Shown here piece after piece: positions 1 through 15,260 of a stretch of 64,000 nucleotides of DNA. The number at the start of each line of letters is the position of its first letter. Position 1 is the stretch's first letter. The DNA comes from the human T2T-CHM13v2.0 reference genome, Homo sapiens. The position numbers and the translations under genes were made by a program. The stretch lies in NCBI RefSeq assembly GCF_009914755.1, contig NC_060937.1. One strand, given 5' to 3'. Under the pieces are notes generated by a model, which was not told where the DNA came from, did not search any database, and saw only the letters and a program-made list of their open reading frames with translations.

Positions 1-1432
1 CATTCTGCAATAACCACAGGTAGAATGGATCATTTACTCAGTTGTGGCTCTCTTAAGAGCACAGACTACCTATCATATTTATTTCAAAATTTGTAGTGCT
101 TATCTCAGTGCTTGGCACAGAGGAAAGAAATACAATTTTTAATAAAGGCATAAGTGGAGAGGTAAAATACATATTTCTGGTTTCAACGTGTCCATATTCT
201 TTCTTGTAAATGGAATATTGCGCTTGCAGTCTGCTCTCACACAATATCTGGGAAGGAGTTTTAAAGAGTGAGGAAGAACAGTAAAGATTTTCCTAGGCAG
301 ATACGTTATGTGACCTTTGTTGATTTCCAGAGCACATAATATCCCAATTTCATCCAGTGGACAGGAAAAGAGAGGAAGAGGGAAAAGGTGGCCTCTCAAG
401 TGCCTGACCTGGAAGCTGCACCTATCACTGTCCCTTGGGCAGAACTCAGTCACATGGTCAAAAGGAGTCTGCAAATAATTGTCCCCTGAGGAGCCGGGTG
501 CTCAGTGAATGATTCTATTAAGTTGAAATCAGATGGGAACAGATCATTTAGGATAACCAGCAGGCTCTACCACATTGCCTAACTCCCAGGCATATTGTGA
601 GAATTAAAAGCACCTTATATATGTCAACGTGTTTTGAAAAAATACAAAAAGCTCTACAAAAGTGAGCTATAAATTTATCATTAATAATAATAGTAATAAT
701 AGCAAAATACTTGAGAAATGGTCCTCTTGAGCTGTTTAGAAGGAATCATACAAATGCATTAGACATGGTAGCCTCACTTAACTACTTAATTTGCCTCTTC
801 TTTGAAATTATTTCAATAGCATTTGACCAAAAACTATCAAATCATTTTTGAAATAACGTATTTTTACATAAAACACATTATCAAATATCTTTCTGGATCC
901 AGCTTGGTGGTAAAAAGATACATACTAAAGTTTATGACTGATATAACTTTATATATTGACTAAACCAAAGATAAATATTGATTGAACTTTTGTGGCCCCA
1001 GTTTCAATAGATTTTTTTATTAACATTTTTTGTTTGAAGTACAGATGTCACGTCATCCATGAACCGGTATCATTATAGCTTGATAAAATACTCAAACTGA
1101 AAGCAGTGATGTACATTAATTTTAAATATAATGGTTAAGCAAATGTTATTTCCATATCTATAAGTGCATTTTATTTGATAATTAGAATGTTAGAATCAGA
1201 AGGAATTTGGAAAATCCCAGGTTACACTTCTCTCCAGGACGAACTCCTTACAGTGGCTCTCCTGGGGTCAGCTAGCTTTTGCTTGACCCTTTGAAGCAGG
1301 AGGAACTCAGTTCCACTCAAGTTGCCCCCTTGATTTTCTCTTTCATATTGAACCTGCTGCTGCACAGGACTCCTCCGTGACTGTCTCTTTGCCTTCCTAA
1401 ATCTCAAAGAATAAAGCAAGTCACTTTTTGAC

Positions 1433-1483
1433 AAGACATCTTTCACATATTTGAAAAGACATCTTTCACATATTTGAAAAGAC
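1433..1483. repeat. Perfect 23-bp tandem duplication (2.2 copies)
   Basis: AAGACATCTTTCACATATTTGAA at 1433-1455 and 1456-1478, then AAGAC. Confidence 0.95.
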
Positions 1484-2574
1484 CAGTACGTTTTGTTCTT
1501 CCTAGAATTTTCTCCTTCATGCTAATGTCTGCTCCAAGAAGACATGGAGGTGACTGGACATTTAGTCAGGAACATTTCTTGAGAGCTTACCCTGTGGCAG
1601 GCAGGTGCAATGTTGAATTCTGAGAATATGAATGTAACCTTTGAACAGGTGGCTCTGTCTTCTGACGTTTCAGGATAAGGTGGAGGAGAGGAGAGGGGAA
1701 AGTCGACCTATCTCCCCAGCGGGGAGGGTTTAGGGTTGTCTGTGGGACCTGCCTCTGTCTCATCATCCATCACCATTGTCCTGCTGATGGGTGCAGAGGA
1801 CTGAGGACAAGTGGTTGGAGTTCTCCCTGTGCCGGACCCTGTAGAGAGTCCAGAGCCCTGGCTCCCAAAGGAGGCATATTTGTAGGGCTCTTTTCGTGAG
1901 GGTCCAGAGGACGGCTGCAAAGCTGCAGGGGAGGATGGGGGCATGGGAGGCAAGCCCGTTGCCCTGTCAGAGCCTCTTGGGGATGCTGCTCTTCCCCGCC
2001 TGTCCTCTCTTCTCTTTGATGTCTCATCATGTGGTCCTCTTTCCTCTGCCTTTTCCTCTCTTCGGTGTCCCAAGTTCTTCCATAGAGACCTGTGTCCCCT
2101 TGTTCCCATCAGGCCTTTATGCCAGCCCTGCACAGGTGCGGGGACAGTGGTAGGGGCGTCTCACTCCCGGCTCAACTACATTCTCCCAGAAATTGTCTGC
2201 AGTCAAACACAACTCAGCGTGGACATTGCTCACCAAAGGTATACTGCTTGGGCTGCACGAGAGATTCAGTTTTCTCCTATCTATCTGGCATGGGCTGTGA
2301 GGGGGCTCCTAACCTAGGGGGCCTTTTTACTCCTTCCTGGCCAGAGCTGCCATTTCCAAGTTTCTGCACTGTCAGAAAAGGGGGATAAGGTAAGATTCCT
2401 GCCCTCATGTCACAGATTAGTAGGGGAGAGGTAATTGTCAAATAATTACAGTAAAATGTATAAATGCCTTAAGAGAAATAAGTACTTGCTTAGGAACCTA
2501 TTTCAAGAAAGGAGAGATAGGTTAGCGTTTTGGGGAGGTAGTACAGGAGCAGTCAGGGAAAGCAATACTTGTAA

Positions 2575-2790
2575 GATCAGAGGCTGGCAATCTTTTTCTG
2601 TAGAGGGCTAAGTTTTGGACTTTGCAGATCCTACAGTGTCTGTTGCAACTATTACACAGTTCTGTGGTTGCAGCATGAATGCAGCCATGGGCAATGTGTT
2701 AATGAATGGGCACAGCTGTGTTTCAATAAAACTTTATTTACAAAAATAGGTAGTGGGCCCTGCTGCTGGGCTTGGCTTGCTGGGCACACA
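2575..2790. mobile_element. MER58A-like hAT-Charlie MITE
   Basis: ggctggcaatctttttctgtagagggc...gcaactatt...gtgtttcaataaaactttatttacaaaaatagg resembles the MER58A consensus as recalled. Confidence 0.75.
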
Positions 2791-3779
2791 AAGTGAGAAG
2801 GGCATTGTGCCTTTCTAGGAAACATCCCTTGCAAAGTCAGTGCAGGTGAGACAGTGTGGCCATTCCCACCACAGCATGAGGTCTTTTGAATGGCTGAAGC
2901 GTCAGGTGGGAAAGGATGAGGAGCTGAAGAAGAAAGCCTGGGAATTTCCAAGGCCTCTCTTAACATTTGCTGTGCAGAACCAAGCAGTGCCCCAGGTGTT
3001 CAGAGTAGGCTTCAGCGATTACATTTCTTGTTAGACACTGAATTTTGTTCATGCCGCCCAAGATTGCATTAACAATTTTGGCTGTCACCTTACCGCGGAC
3101 TCAAATTAGTTTGCAGTCAGCTAAAACCTCTCAGGTTTTTTCCCCCCAGCTTGTGAATTGCTGTGAAGCCAAACATCCCTGTCATCTCTTTGGTAGTTTA
3201 TTTTCAAACTTTCAATCTTATTAAATTTCATCTCCAATGTGCAAAGATAAGAGGAAGTTTACCGCAGATGGTGGTTTATTCTTTAAAACTGGACATCAGC
3301 TAAATGTGTTAAGGTAATCCGTTAGAGGAATGTTGGTACGCTTATACAGTGGAATACTAATTGGTTATTAAAATGTTGATGTATGATTATTAAAAGGCAG
3401 CCCATGGTATGTCTCCTCTGTATGAATAAGTATGTAAAAAGTATGTAAAGATTACTGTATAGTTCATGGGTGGGACTGGGCTCTCTCTAGCCTCTGTCCT
3501 TCATTCTCCCTGCCAGTGCCTTTTCCCTTGCAGTGTCCCTTCCCTGGCTGCATACTCAAGACTGGATTTGCCCAGCCAAACCCCATTAACTCACAGAAGC
3601 AAGAGGAAAAAAATAAATTCTTATTAGTTCAATTCTCCAAATTGGGGGCGGTCTATTTCACAGCAATAGGTAACTGACGTAAAAGGAAAGGAAACAATGA
3701 AGTAATTCCAGAAAATTTCCTATAGCTGGAGGACATGCATTTTCATATTGAATGGGAAGAATGGGGTGGGGGGGGTCAT

Positions 3780-5150
3780 ACCTCTGTGTTATTGCAGGGT
3801 CCTGGCTCCTAGGGACCTAGGCACCTCTTCAGTCAGTGAATTATAGCTTGGAAAATTGGCTAAGTCGGGGAACTGTACAAGGGGTCATCACTTTTTATGT
3901 AGCCATGCTCTATGAACCATCTTTATAACTCCCTGGCTTCTGGCAGTTAAGCACCACTCACTATCTGGCCTCTGTAATTTCAACTTCTGACCATCCCCGT
4001 GGGTGGCAACAAGCCCAGCTCTGTGACACCTCTGCTACCAGCAGCCCTGGCCTGGAGAGCGGTGCCCCCACTGAATGTCTCAGTGAGATTGGCACCCCCA
4101 TGAGCATATTCCTGAGGGTGCAGTGAATGCTCTTTCTCCCTACTTGGGACTTCTGGGAAACACTGTCCTCTGGTGGGTTGTTTGACCTCACATAATATAC
4201 TGGTTCTTGCATGCCAGCTTCTCTCTGCTTCTTGATTCTTTTATCAGCTGTTAGGGCAACAATGTCAGGCATTTCCGCCTGCTCAGCATTGGGCATCCCT
4301 TTTTACAGGCTTCTCAGAGCCACCCTAGCAGCAACTTTACCGCGTCTCCTGGGGTCCTTGCTGGATCGTGAAAACATACTTCCGGAGAAAGTGTTCCCTA
4401 GATAATGAATTATTTCTTGTCCTGTGTTAAGTTCCAGTTCCTTGGTCAAGGACCCCAGCGCTACTCCTCAGGATTTGCAGTGCATGCTCAATCTTGAAGC
4501 AATGTTGGGATATAGTATCTTTTCTTCTCTATCAGGCCCAGCTGTCTCCAGGTGGGTTATACTAGGATTTAATCCTCGTTAGTGCCGGGTCAGCTCCTGA
4601 GGGGTGCACCTGTTGCTTTTTAGGGACGAGGCCTCTTCAGCATAAAGAAGTGCTATCTCTTACTAGGGAAGAATGGGCCACCTCTGTAAGCTCCAAATAT
4701 TCCCAGGTTTCCCCAACCGGGGCCTTGACCTTGGCATAACTGATCTGCCTTGGCTGAGCATTTAAACATCCCTAAATCTCTGCAAGTCTATCAGGTCCTA
4801 GGCCTGCTGCTAAGTTTCTCTACTCTTCCACTGTAGGAGAGAAGGCTGTGGCTCTTATATTGAGCCTTTAACTGTTTGTTATTGGCCCTCAGTTTCTCAT
4901 TAGCTCTCTGTAGAGTCTCAATACAATATATCAGAAAGCATTCAATTCCATCTCCTTGTAGGCAGGGAATGCCTAAATCATTGCACCTACAATGACATTC
5001 TCCACCAGGATATTTCCCAGGTTACTGCTGTTGAAATATTTAGCAATTGAAGCACCATTTGTGCAAGGGGACTATCTGCCCCTACACAACACTCAGAATG
5101 GCATTCTCTTTGCTTTCCAGAAAGTGAATGAGCTGGTTCCCCAACCCCTC
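3780..5150 (-). mobile_element. ERVL (HERV16-like) internal remnant with decayed gag
   Basis: Minus-strand ORF 3961-4296 contains VYYVRSNNPPEDSV...LRNMLMGVPISLRHSVGAPLSRPGL, resembling ERV-L gag; it lies next to an LTR16-like LTR. Confidence 0.65.
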
Positions 5151-5610
5151 TTGTGTTAGTTTGAGTCCTGAAAGAAGTAAATGTCAAGATAGGATTAGAT
5201 GTACAAGAAATTTATTGGGGAAAGAATTGTGAAGGATAAAGGGGAAGGAGCTAGGGGAGGCATTGAACCTTTGGATCATGATGTGTGTCCAACAACTATG
5301 AAGGAGAGTGGGCAGGGAGAAGGATGGGCTGGGAAGAGTTTCAGTTGGCACTGTGGGTCTCAGAACAACCCAGGCATAGGCTGATGGGGACGCCTTGAGC
5401 CAATGTTGCCCATTGGCGGAGTCCACATCTTGCTGAAATGGGCCTGCATTAGTTCCCCTGCCATGTTTAGTCATCTGGGAGTAGCCGATGAGAATCATGA
5501 TCTTAGGATCAACTGCAATGGCAGATTCAAAGGGGTAGCAACTGATGGCCTCAGTCAACTGTGCTCCTTATAGCAGGAACACTGAGCAGTGCATTTCTTG
5601 GCCATCACAA
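5150..5610 (-). mobile_element. LTR16-family LTR (probable 5' LTR of the ERVL remnant)
   Basis: gattagatgtacaagaaatttattggggaaag...gtgaaggataaaggggaaggagc...gttgcccattggcggagtcc resembles reverse-complemented LTR16. Confidence 0.65.
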
Positions 5611-6731
5611 AGACTAGTGAGGAGTGCCCTTCAGAGAAGGGAATGAAAATTATTTCCAGCCTAGAATTTGATACTTATCTAAACTGTCAATCATTCATGA
5701 GAGTCAAAGTCCCAAAAAATAAATCTTCCATAAACCCTTTCTCAGGAAGTTATTGGAGGGTAACCGCCACATAACATGAGGAAGACAAGGAGGAAGACAT
5801 GGGATCTATGAAAGGGCAGGTCTAACCCAGGAAAAGGATGATGAACTGTAGACCCATGATGTCAGATGTGCAGCAGACTAAGATCAGCCAGTGCAGAATG
5901 GGGGAGATTCCAGAAGTGTGTCCCCCCAAAATATTGGAGGCTCATGTGACTTCCCTGGGGAAGTTTCTGCTGAGAGGCTATTGGAAATTGAGGGAAGAAT
6001 TAGCCACAGTCCCAAAGAAAACAGAGCCAATCAAAAAGCAATGCAATTATGAACTTCAAAGAAAACAAAAATAAGAAGGAAAACAGTCTTACTTACTACA
6101 TTACAAGGTCCAGCTGTGAATGATATTCATGTTGGCAGAATAATGTCAATACCAAATGTCGGTTAAACCCAAAACTATTGTATAACTAAATTGCCTGTGT
6201 AAGAGAGCTAAACCCTTATCTAGCATAATAGGAAGTCAGTGGATACTTCCTGAAGTGTGGATGTGTGGAGATGTAAATTCCAAAAGAAAACGTCTTAAGA
6301 GTCAAAAGTGGTTGCCTCTAGAGAGGAGAACTGGGGGAATTGTAGGGCAATGTAGGACAGGGAACTGTGATTTTTCTTGTAAGTTGTTCTGACATTTTAA
6401 ACCATGAACATATATTACTTGTATTTTTAATTTTAAAAAGACATAAATATTTTTTCTATCACTTTAAATATTAATTTTGCTAGTTATAGCACATATTTAT
6501 AGCATTACACTCTGTAGAGCTCTTTTGGATTCAAGTTTTGGAGAATTTTCAAAGTTTTAGATTAATGCCTTTGTGAGTTTTCATCCCTTTGATGATAACA
6601 AGTTACAAAGAAATAGGGTTATGAATAAACCTTGTGGGATATTGTTAGTCACCTTCTCTCAAGTCGATCTGTCCCATGAATCAATGTTTCAAACATTGAC
6701 CAGCATTTGATACTTAATAAGCAACGAGTAA

Positions 6732-7609
<878 letters not shown>

Positions 7610-7959
7610 CCATATAATACAATAAAAATTTTCTGAGCTAAGTTTGGTAAATTTATTCTAGGAATCCATGTTGTCTCCTAGTTATCTTCCCTTCCATAGT
7701 ACTGATGCATTTTTGTTAACCATTACCTAATTTTGCTTGAGTCTATTATTTCTGAAATTCACATTATCTTCCCTTTTAAAGTTGAGAAAATTTTCATTCT
7801 TCAAGCGCCTTATTTTCTATAATCTCTCAAAGTAACTGATGGCTGTTGCATGATCATAAGTGCAAATTATTTTGCTAGACCACACTTGGAGATGATGAAT
7901 TTGGAATGGCATGCAGACTCCCGACATCAGGAGTCTTGTCTCCTGCAATAATCAGGAAC

Positions 7960-9200
7960 CCAGGCTTAAAAGGGAGCAGGTACAACAGAAGGGCAAGGGG
8001 TGACAATGCTGGTGAAAGACATTTGAGGAAAGCTATCAACATGAAACAGAATAAAATAAACAGAAAAGCAAACCAGGGAAAATAAATTATGCAGGAAATT
8101 AAACACATACACAAACTGAAACAGGAACCATCAGAACATATAAAAAATTCTTGAACATCAGTAACACAATAGTTGAAACAAAATATTTAGTAAAATATTT
8201 GAAAAGTAAGGTCAAAGCAATGCTGTAAAAGTAGTACAAGATGATAAAGAAATAGAACACATTTTTGAAAGGGAAAAAGATTTAAAGGATATTCATAAAG
8301 ATCCAACATCAGACTAATAGAAGTTCTGGAAAGAGAGAATAAGGAAATACAGGTCAGGAAATTTGTAAAGAAATAATATAATAAAATGCCCCAGAACTGA
8401 AGAACATGAGCTTTTAACTTTAAAGAGCCGACTGAGTTCCTAGCTCAATGAATGTATAGACATGTAAGGGTATTGAAAGTTCACCTTCAGTGTCATGTTT
8501 CCTAAGAAGCTAATGGAAGATATGCACCAGCAAAATTGTAGTAAATACATAGGAAGAAATAGTATATAGAAAAAGTATGGTTTCAATCCATAAGAAATAA
8601 AGGAAACTCCCAGGACGAGAGCAGCTCTTGACAGCATCTAGTCCAAACTGGACTTGGAGGCTGGAAACTTCTAGCAGGGAAGGAAGAGCTCTGGGTGAAA
8701 AAGTAGACTCAACAGAATAGATACGATCATAGAAAACATGATAGAGAATCACTAACACATTGAAAAAATCACATATAGAATATTCTGCACGCTTAATAAT
8801 GAGGTCATTATTTATTCAAGGGAAAATTAAAAGCTGTTTAGAAAAGGGAAATGTTATAGTGCCCTATTTGGCTCTAAAATGAACATTTATATAGGAATCT
8901 TCATGTAAATACTAACAATGATTTAAATAAGAACAGACATTTCGGAAAATAAGGGAAGAAAATGGGGCATGTAAAAGAGCTAACTCCTCATTATCCTAAT
9001 GAATTATTAAATTTCACAATAGCATAGTATTTAGAAATATGATAGTTATTACGAGAAGAAAGAGCTAAAAGGTTGCCAGTGGGGAGCAGGAGTGAGGGTT
9101 AGAGACGGGATTGGGGGAGATGCTTACTGTTTTCATGATAAGCCTTTGGTACTATTTGATTTTAAACTATATAAATGCATTTATTAATTTAAAGTAATTT
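7960..9200 (+). mobile_element. Old L1M fragments
   Basis: A-rich; aagatccaacatcagactaatagaagttctggaaagagag is L1M ORF1-like, with L1ME 3'-end-like sequence near 9040-9200. Confidence 0.5.
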
Positions 9201-9574
9201 AAAAAACCCATACCACTGGATAATGCTTGATAATTTCTAGAGTCATTTTTTTTTGTATTTTGGGGCAGGTAAATTCATTGAGAGACCCAGAGAGTTTAGC
9301 TGACTTTCCTGTGGGTACCAAGGGTCAGAGCTGGGGTCAAAACTCAGGTTTTCTGAACCCCTATTCCCAGTGTACATTCCATGACTCCAGGCTGCCTCCC
9401 GCATTGCACAGGTTACATCTAGGGGTGTGCTAGCAAATGCCTAGACCATCCTCGTCCACATCAGCATCTGAAATGGACAAGAATGTTAGTCATGACTTGC
9501 CACTAACGTCTTTAACCTTAATTGACATCTGAGAGTGTCATCATTACATCATTACAAAAACACTAACCCAGATA

Positions 9575-10110
9575 CATCTGTTCCCATTACTATTTCTGCG
9601 TAATTCCCCCAGACTTAATTGCTTTAAATAACCATTTTATTTGGTTTACAAACTTATGGGTCAGGATTAGGGGAGGGCTCACCCACGCAGTTTTTCTCTG
9701 GTCCGCAGTCATCTGAAGCTTGAACGGGGTGGGGCATGCAAGACGGCTCACACATGTGATCCGCGGTTGAGCCTGGCTGTGGACCAGAGCATCTCTGTTG
9801 GCCTCGCTTACACAAGTGGTCTCAGATTAGTAGCCTCTGTACATGGAAACTAGCTTCCCTCCCGGCAAGCATCCCAAGAGAACTAGGAGGAAGTGGTATG
9901 GACTTCTTTTCTTCTTCTTCTTCTTCTTTTCACTTATTCTTGATATCATGTAGCTTCATTTCTATCAGAGCAGTCACATGCCCACAGATTCAAGGGGGAG
10001 GGTCCACAGATCCGCCAATGGGAGGAACAGCCAGGTTATATCGTAAAAGATCATGGGGCATGGGAGATACCCATCTATTTTCTGTAAAAAATACATTTTG
10101 CCACAGCATC
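9575..10110 (-). mobile_element. MLT1 (MaLR) LTR
   Basis: tttctgcgtaattccccagacttaattgctttaaata...tgggtcagga...cccacagattcaagggggag is an MLT1-type pattern. Confidence 0.55.
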
Positions 10111-13100
10111 ACTGGCTTTCCAGCTCACAGTGATCTGCCTGGAATGCCTTTTTCCGTCTCTCCAGGATCTACATCTTTCAATATAAGGTTTAGAAACTAC
10201 CTCCTACAGGAAGACTTCCTTGATTTCCCTCAGCAAGAAAGAATCTTTCCTTCCTCTGAATCGCCATTGCATTAAAAAAAAAATCCATCTTCTGGCGTTT
10301 TCACTTTCAGACTTATACTGTAATTATTCTATGTACCTATGTTTGACCCCTCACGATGCCCAGCATAATAATTTGTCTATTGAGTAAATATTTGCTTAAT
10401 GAAATAATCATTACATGATAACTCAAATAGCAGTCCTGAAAAAGTGCATTTCAATTCAGATCTCTCTTTTTTCTTCCTTCACAATTCTCATTTCCGAAAA
10501 ATGAAAGAAGCCAGAGGATCCTTTATGAGGAGTTACAGTATAACTTATGCGTGGCTGTTTCCTGTGTTTACTGCTACTCAGTGAGAAATACGGGAGATGG
10601 GAGAGTGAAAAACCATGTCATTTACAATTTGATTAAAAAGCTTTTTATCTTTTCCTTTCACGTTTAAGCCTTGCCGTTTTAAAAATTTCCCTTTCGTCAC
10701 AGGGGATCAAGCAGCAGTTAACGCTGCAGTTCCCTGTTCTGGAAACACTCTCAAAGGTGTTTCAACACATTTTGTCTCAACTCTGACTCCTGCCCCGCTG
10801 CCCCACGCCATCCAGCCACACTGAAGGTCTTGCATTTGTGCCTTGGGGCATTATTTTTTTTTACTCTTCTCCCTGCCTGGAAGGTTCTTCCCAACCTGCC
10901 CTACCGCCATAGCCACAGAACCAACCCTTCACTTTCCTTAAGTCTATGGTCACAAGCTCCTTCTCAAAGGAGGCACACCTCTAACCACCCCCATTTGGTG
11001 ACTTCCTGTCTCCTGGAGGCCCCCGGAACTAGTCTTCTCTACTTCCAGCAACCCACTTTACGAGCAGCGGAGAAGACTGACTACTTCTGGGGGCCTCGAG
11101 GAGACAGGAAGTCACCAAATTTACAGGTGCTGTGGATGAAACTGTGTGATAATGAATTTATTGGGCTTGTTTTTTTAGCTTCTGAATAGAAGAACCAATA
11201 AGATCATTTTTTTAAAAAAGATAAAAACAGACAAACACAAACCCTCTAGTATAAAAGCATTTTTTTTTAAAAAAGATGAACACACACCCTCAGATTGCCT
11301 TCTTTTGAAAAGGCAATCTGAGATTCCTTATGAAATCCCCAGACAGAAGCTGTTTCTTTGAATTTAATATGCTGTACACTGTAGAGCCAAGAGGCTTATA
11401 GAGTGTTAATTAACACCCCTTGTCAAACATTTGTAAATGAATCTGGCTAAAGCTCAAGGAAACCAGGTTTTTCTGTGTGATAAAATATAATCTTTGGAGA
11501 TTATTTATGATCACAAAGGGAGACTGTACAGAAAATTTTCCTAGACTTGGAAATGAGGCAGGATTATTGGTGTCCATCTGGACTGAGGCCTCAGGCAGGC
11601 CTGCCTAGTTAATCCCATTCTCCTATCCTCATTCTCTGGGGGTGAAGAAGGCAGTGCACCTTTGTTCAATTTGCTGCTTACCATGGATTAGGGCATTTTA
11701 AATTCTGTAAGGGTAGTTTTTAACTTGTAGAAAACTGATAGCGATGGGAAGGATTCTTGCCTAATAGGGACACAAACGGATTTTGTTCTGTAGAGATGTA
11801 AATGAAAAGATGAAAATCACAACACATTTAATGAAAGGAAAATAAAGACTCTTGTGAGTGCCACCAAAAAAAAAAATAAATAAAATGTATCTCCTCTCCG
11901 TGGCACCCCAGGCCTTCCTTACCTCACTCTATTTCTTCATAGCACTTATTGCCTTAGAACATTCTTTATAATTTACATTTATTATGTTTGTTGTTGGTTG
12001 TCGCTCCTCCTGCTAAAATGGAATCTCCGTGAGGGCACGGGTTTTTCTTTGATTTGTTCCCTGTTGTGCCCCAAAGTGCTAGAATCATGCCAGGCACACA
12101 ATAGATGCTCAATAAATACTTCTGGAATGAAAATCCCCCTCCACTTAGACCAGTGAGTTCCAAACTTTTTTGATCTTGACCCATAGTAAGAAAGGCATTT
12201 TCCATGTTGAATATACACCATTGAAACAAAATTTTCACAGAAAAAACTTACCATTATTACAGGCAGTGCACTGTGATATTTCCTAATCTCTTCTATTTTG
12301 ATTTTCAAAATTGCTGAGGCTACTCATAGGTTGATTTCACAAGTGGAGTTTGTGTTATGAAAAACTTTGACTTAACACCATGTCGAAACTGCTACCACAA
12401 AAAGGCAAATGCGAAAGAAGGGGGAAAGAGCAGGCCGATGACTTTCCGCTATCCACCACTCCATAAAGCATATTTCATTTTCCTGTAATTGTATCCTGTT
12501 CAATGATGTAGAAATCCTCACACACTCACATGCCACTTTTTCTTTGGGTGAAAAGCGTTCTCTACTGCAAGATGAATTGAGTTATTTCAAAAGCAAAGAG
12601 CTATAAATGAGCCTGTTAAAGAAAGTCTCAAGGAGAGTCTGTTGGCATCTGCTGTTGATAACTTAAAGCAGGAGAATTAGATAAGGAGGCAGAAGTAGAA
12701 TGTTTAGAAAATAAAAGTGACCATTATAGAGGAAAAACTGCTTGTCTCAGTTTTGTTGATATTGGAGAGTAGCTCTTTCATGAGGGTATTGTGGAATTAT
12801 TGGCAATTATACTAATAGATGTTTACTGAAAAAATCCTATTTGACTGATGAACCATGGAATACTTTTGCTGACCTTGTGGAAAACATCACTTATCTGAGT
12901 TCCTTATCTTCTTGTCTCTTTTTTCTCATCTAGCCTATGCCTCCCTACCTGTTCCCTCATGGTTCTCATTTTGTTGCTATTAGAAAAACAGAGATACAAA
13001 AACCAGGAATTGGAACCCCTCTGTGTCTCCAGTAATAATTCTGTGATTAATGGGTTAGATGGATTCTGGTCACAAGCTGGATATTTTGTTAACAACCTAG

Positions 13101-13659
13101 CGTCAATGACTTGGAATGATTTTCACCGCAGCATGATTTAGTATTGAATAGAATGATTTAACTAATGTTAATTAGTTCTGTACAGATAAATTAATGAAGC
13201 AAGAAGCTCAATCTCTGATTTATTGATGTATTTACCCAGTGTAAGTTATGAAATCTTTTTTATTTCATTTGAAGGAAGTTTTTATTTAAATACAAATAAA
13301 TAAGCCCTTTATTGTCACCTACTTTGGAAAAGTCCAGAGAAAACAATCTTAAGTAACAAAACTCCAAAATTACAACATGATTTTCAAAAACTACCCTGAC
13401 CTTTGTCTTGCCTGGTTGTTACAGTGTACTTTTAACTAAACGGATTCTTATAGAATCTCAAGTTTGGTTATATTTGTATTAAGGAACTCTATATTTGCAT
13501 TTGACCAGCCCTAACTAAAACAAGCTTAAGGAAGAAAAGGGACTTTACGACAAGGACAAAGGATTGAAGAAGAACTCCAGGGACTTTAGATGTTAACAAC
13601 TGTATTTGTCACTAAAGTAACCATTACTGTCAAGGTGGGTTCTCCTTCTCCCTCACTAA

Positions 13660-13777
13660 ACACATGCACACACACCACACACACATACACATACCACATA
13701 CATACCACACACATGCACACACACCACACACACACCACACCACACACACAGAAATACACACAGACATACACACATGC
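13660..13777. repeat. CA-rich degenerate microsatellite
   Basis: cacacacaccacacacacatacacataccac... Confidence 0.9.
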
Positions 13778-14789
13778 ACTTATGCTTGGGTCAGTTTGGC
13801 TTTTATCATCCCAGAGAGTCTCTTCCCATGTCAGCAACTCCAGATTCACTTCCTCTCCTAATATAGGACAGTCACATATCTCTATTCCAGCAAAACAATC
13901 TCAGGGAAGGTATCTCATTGGCCTGGCTTGGGTCATTCAACTTGAAGTACAAGAAGAGAAAACAGTATTCTTTTATTTTTATAGATTTCCTGTAAAATCA
14001 GTGGATAATGGTAAAAATTTCATGACAGCAGGTGTTTTACCTTATTTATGTTTACTATCTCTAGAACCCAGTATGATAGTTCATAATAAATGCTTACTAA
14101 AACAATTATCAAACTGTACACTTAAAAATTAAAAGAGTAAATTTTAAGTTGTGTATGTTTTACCACAGTAAAACAAAATAAAATAAACCTATTATTGATC
14201 TTATTGTCTATTTCTCAAAAGTAGCATACGTCATAATTTCATGTGATTTCTAAAGGAGATCTAATCTCAAACTTAGTTCTTAGAGTAAAATAAAAGGTTT
14301 TAGCAATCATATACAGCAGTAGACTTTACCTTGAAGATTTAACAAAGGTTTGAAAGCAAAATGCTATGATACTGAATATACTAATGTTTGAGGGCTTGTG
14401 AAAAGGTCTTAATATAGGAATCATATATCTTCTTTTAGATTGTGTCTTGGGGAACATTGGGGGTCAGTTTTTCTATCAGTGTTAGTATGTAGTAAGTAAT
14501 GGCATACATCTAAGCTTGAGATTTTGCTCATTTCTGTATTCTTAGCACTTATATATCCAACATATAATAGGTGTTGGATAATATTTGTTGAATAAATGAC
14601 TAAATAAATGTCTTGGCATGAGAATTATGCCATCTACAAAACCGTCACTTTTAAAAAAAACAACAAAGATTTTTGAACCTGTAGATCCAGCCAGAAAGCA
14701 AGAAATATCTTCACCTTTCCAGACTGACTTATTTTTTGGTCTAGCTGTGTACTATGCATGAGCTGTCAACTTTAATACTTTATTTTTTA

Positions 14790-15260
14790 ATGCCTAGGTC
14801 TAGTGAGTTACAATGTGATGTAGACTGATTGAATTAAAGGCCCCAATGTTGTCCTCTCTTCATTGTATCCATGCCTTTTGTCATGTAACTTTGCAGTGTC
14901 CTCTACTCTAGGTGTCCATTCAGCTTATCCTTTGACTCTGGCCTTCTTCTCCTTTGACTCTGGCTTTATCCATGTGACTTACTTTAGCCAACAATCATAA
15001 TGCTGGCAAACACTGAGAAAATGCTTATTAGTGTCTGCTTAGTCTCTTGCTTCTCTGCAATTGCCATGAGAAAATGCCCAAGCTAGTACACTGGAGGATG
15101 AGACATGTGGGGCAGAAGCAACCTGTCCCATTTGTCCCAGCCAACACCATCCTAGATTAACCAGATGAGACCAGAGCAGAAGACATGTTCAGTGGAGCCC
15201 AACCCAGCTCACGAATAATATTTCTTCATGAGCATGTGAGCAATGTGTAACTAATGCACC
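14790..15260 (+). mobile_element. MLT1 (MaLR) LTR
   Basis: gtatccatgcctttgtcatgtaactttgcagt...ccatgtgacttactttagccaac...gccatgagaaaatgcccaagctag. Confidence 0.6.

Noticed and set aside
13590-14132. 180-aa ORF with HT/TH-rich stretch
   Set aside because: Produced by the CA-rich microsatellite; no splice or homology support
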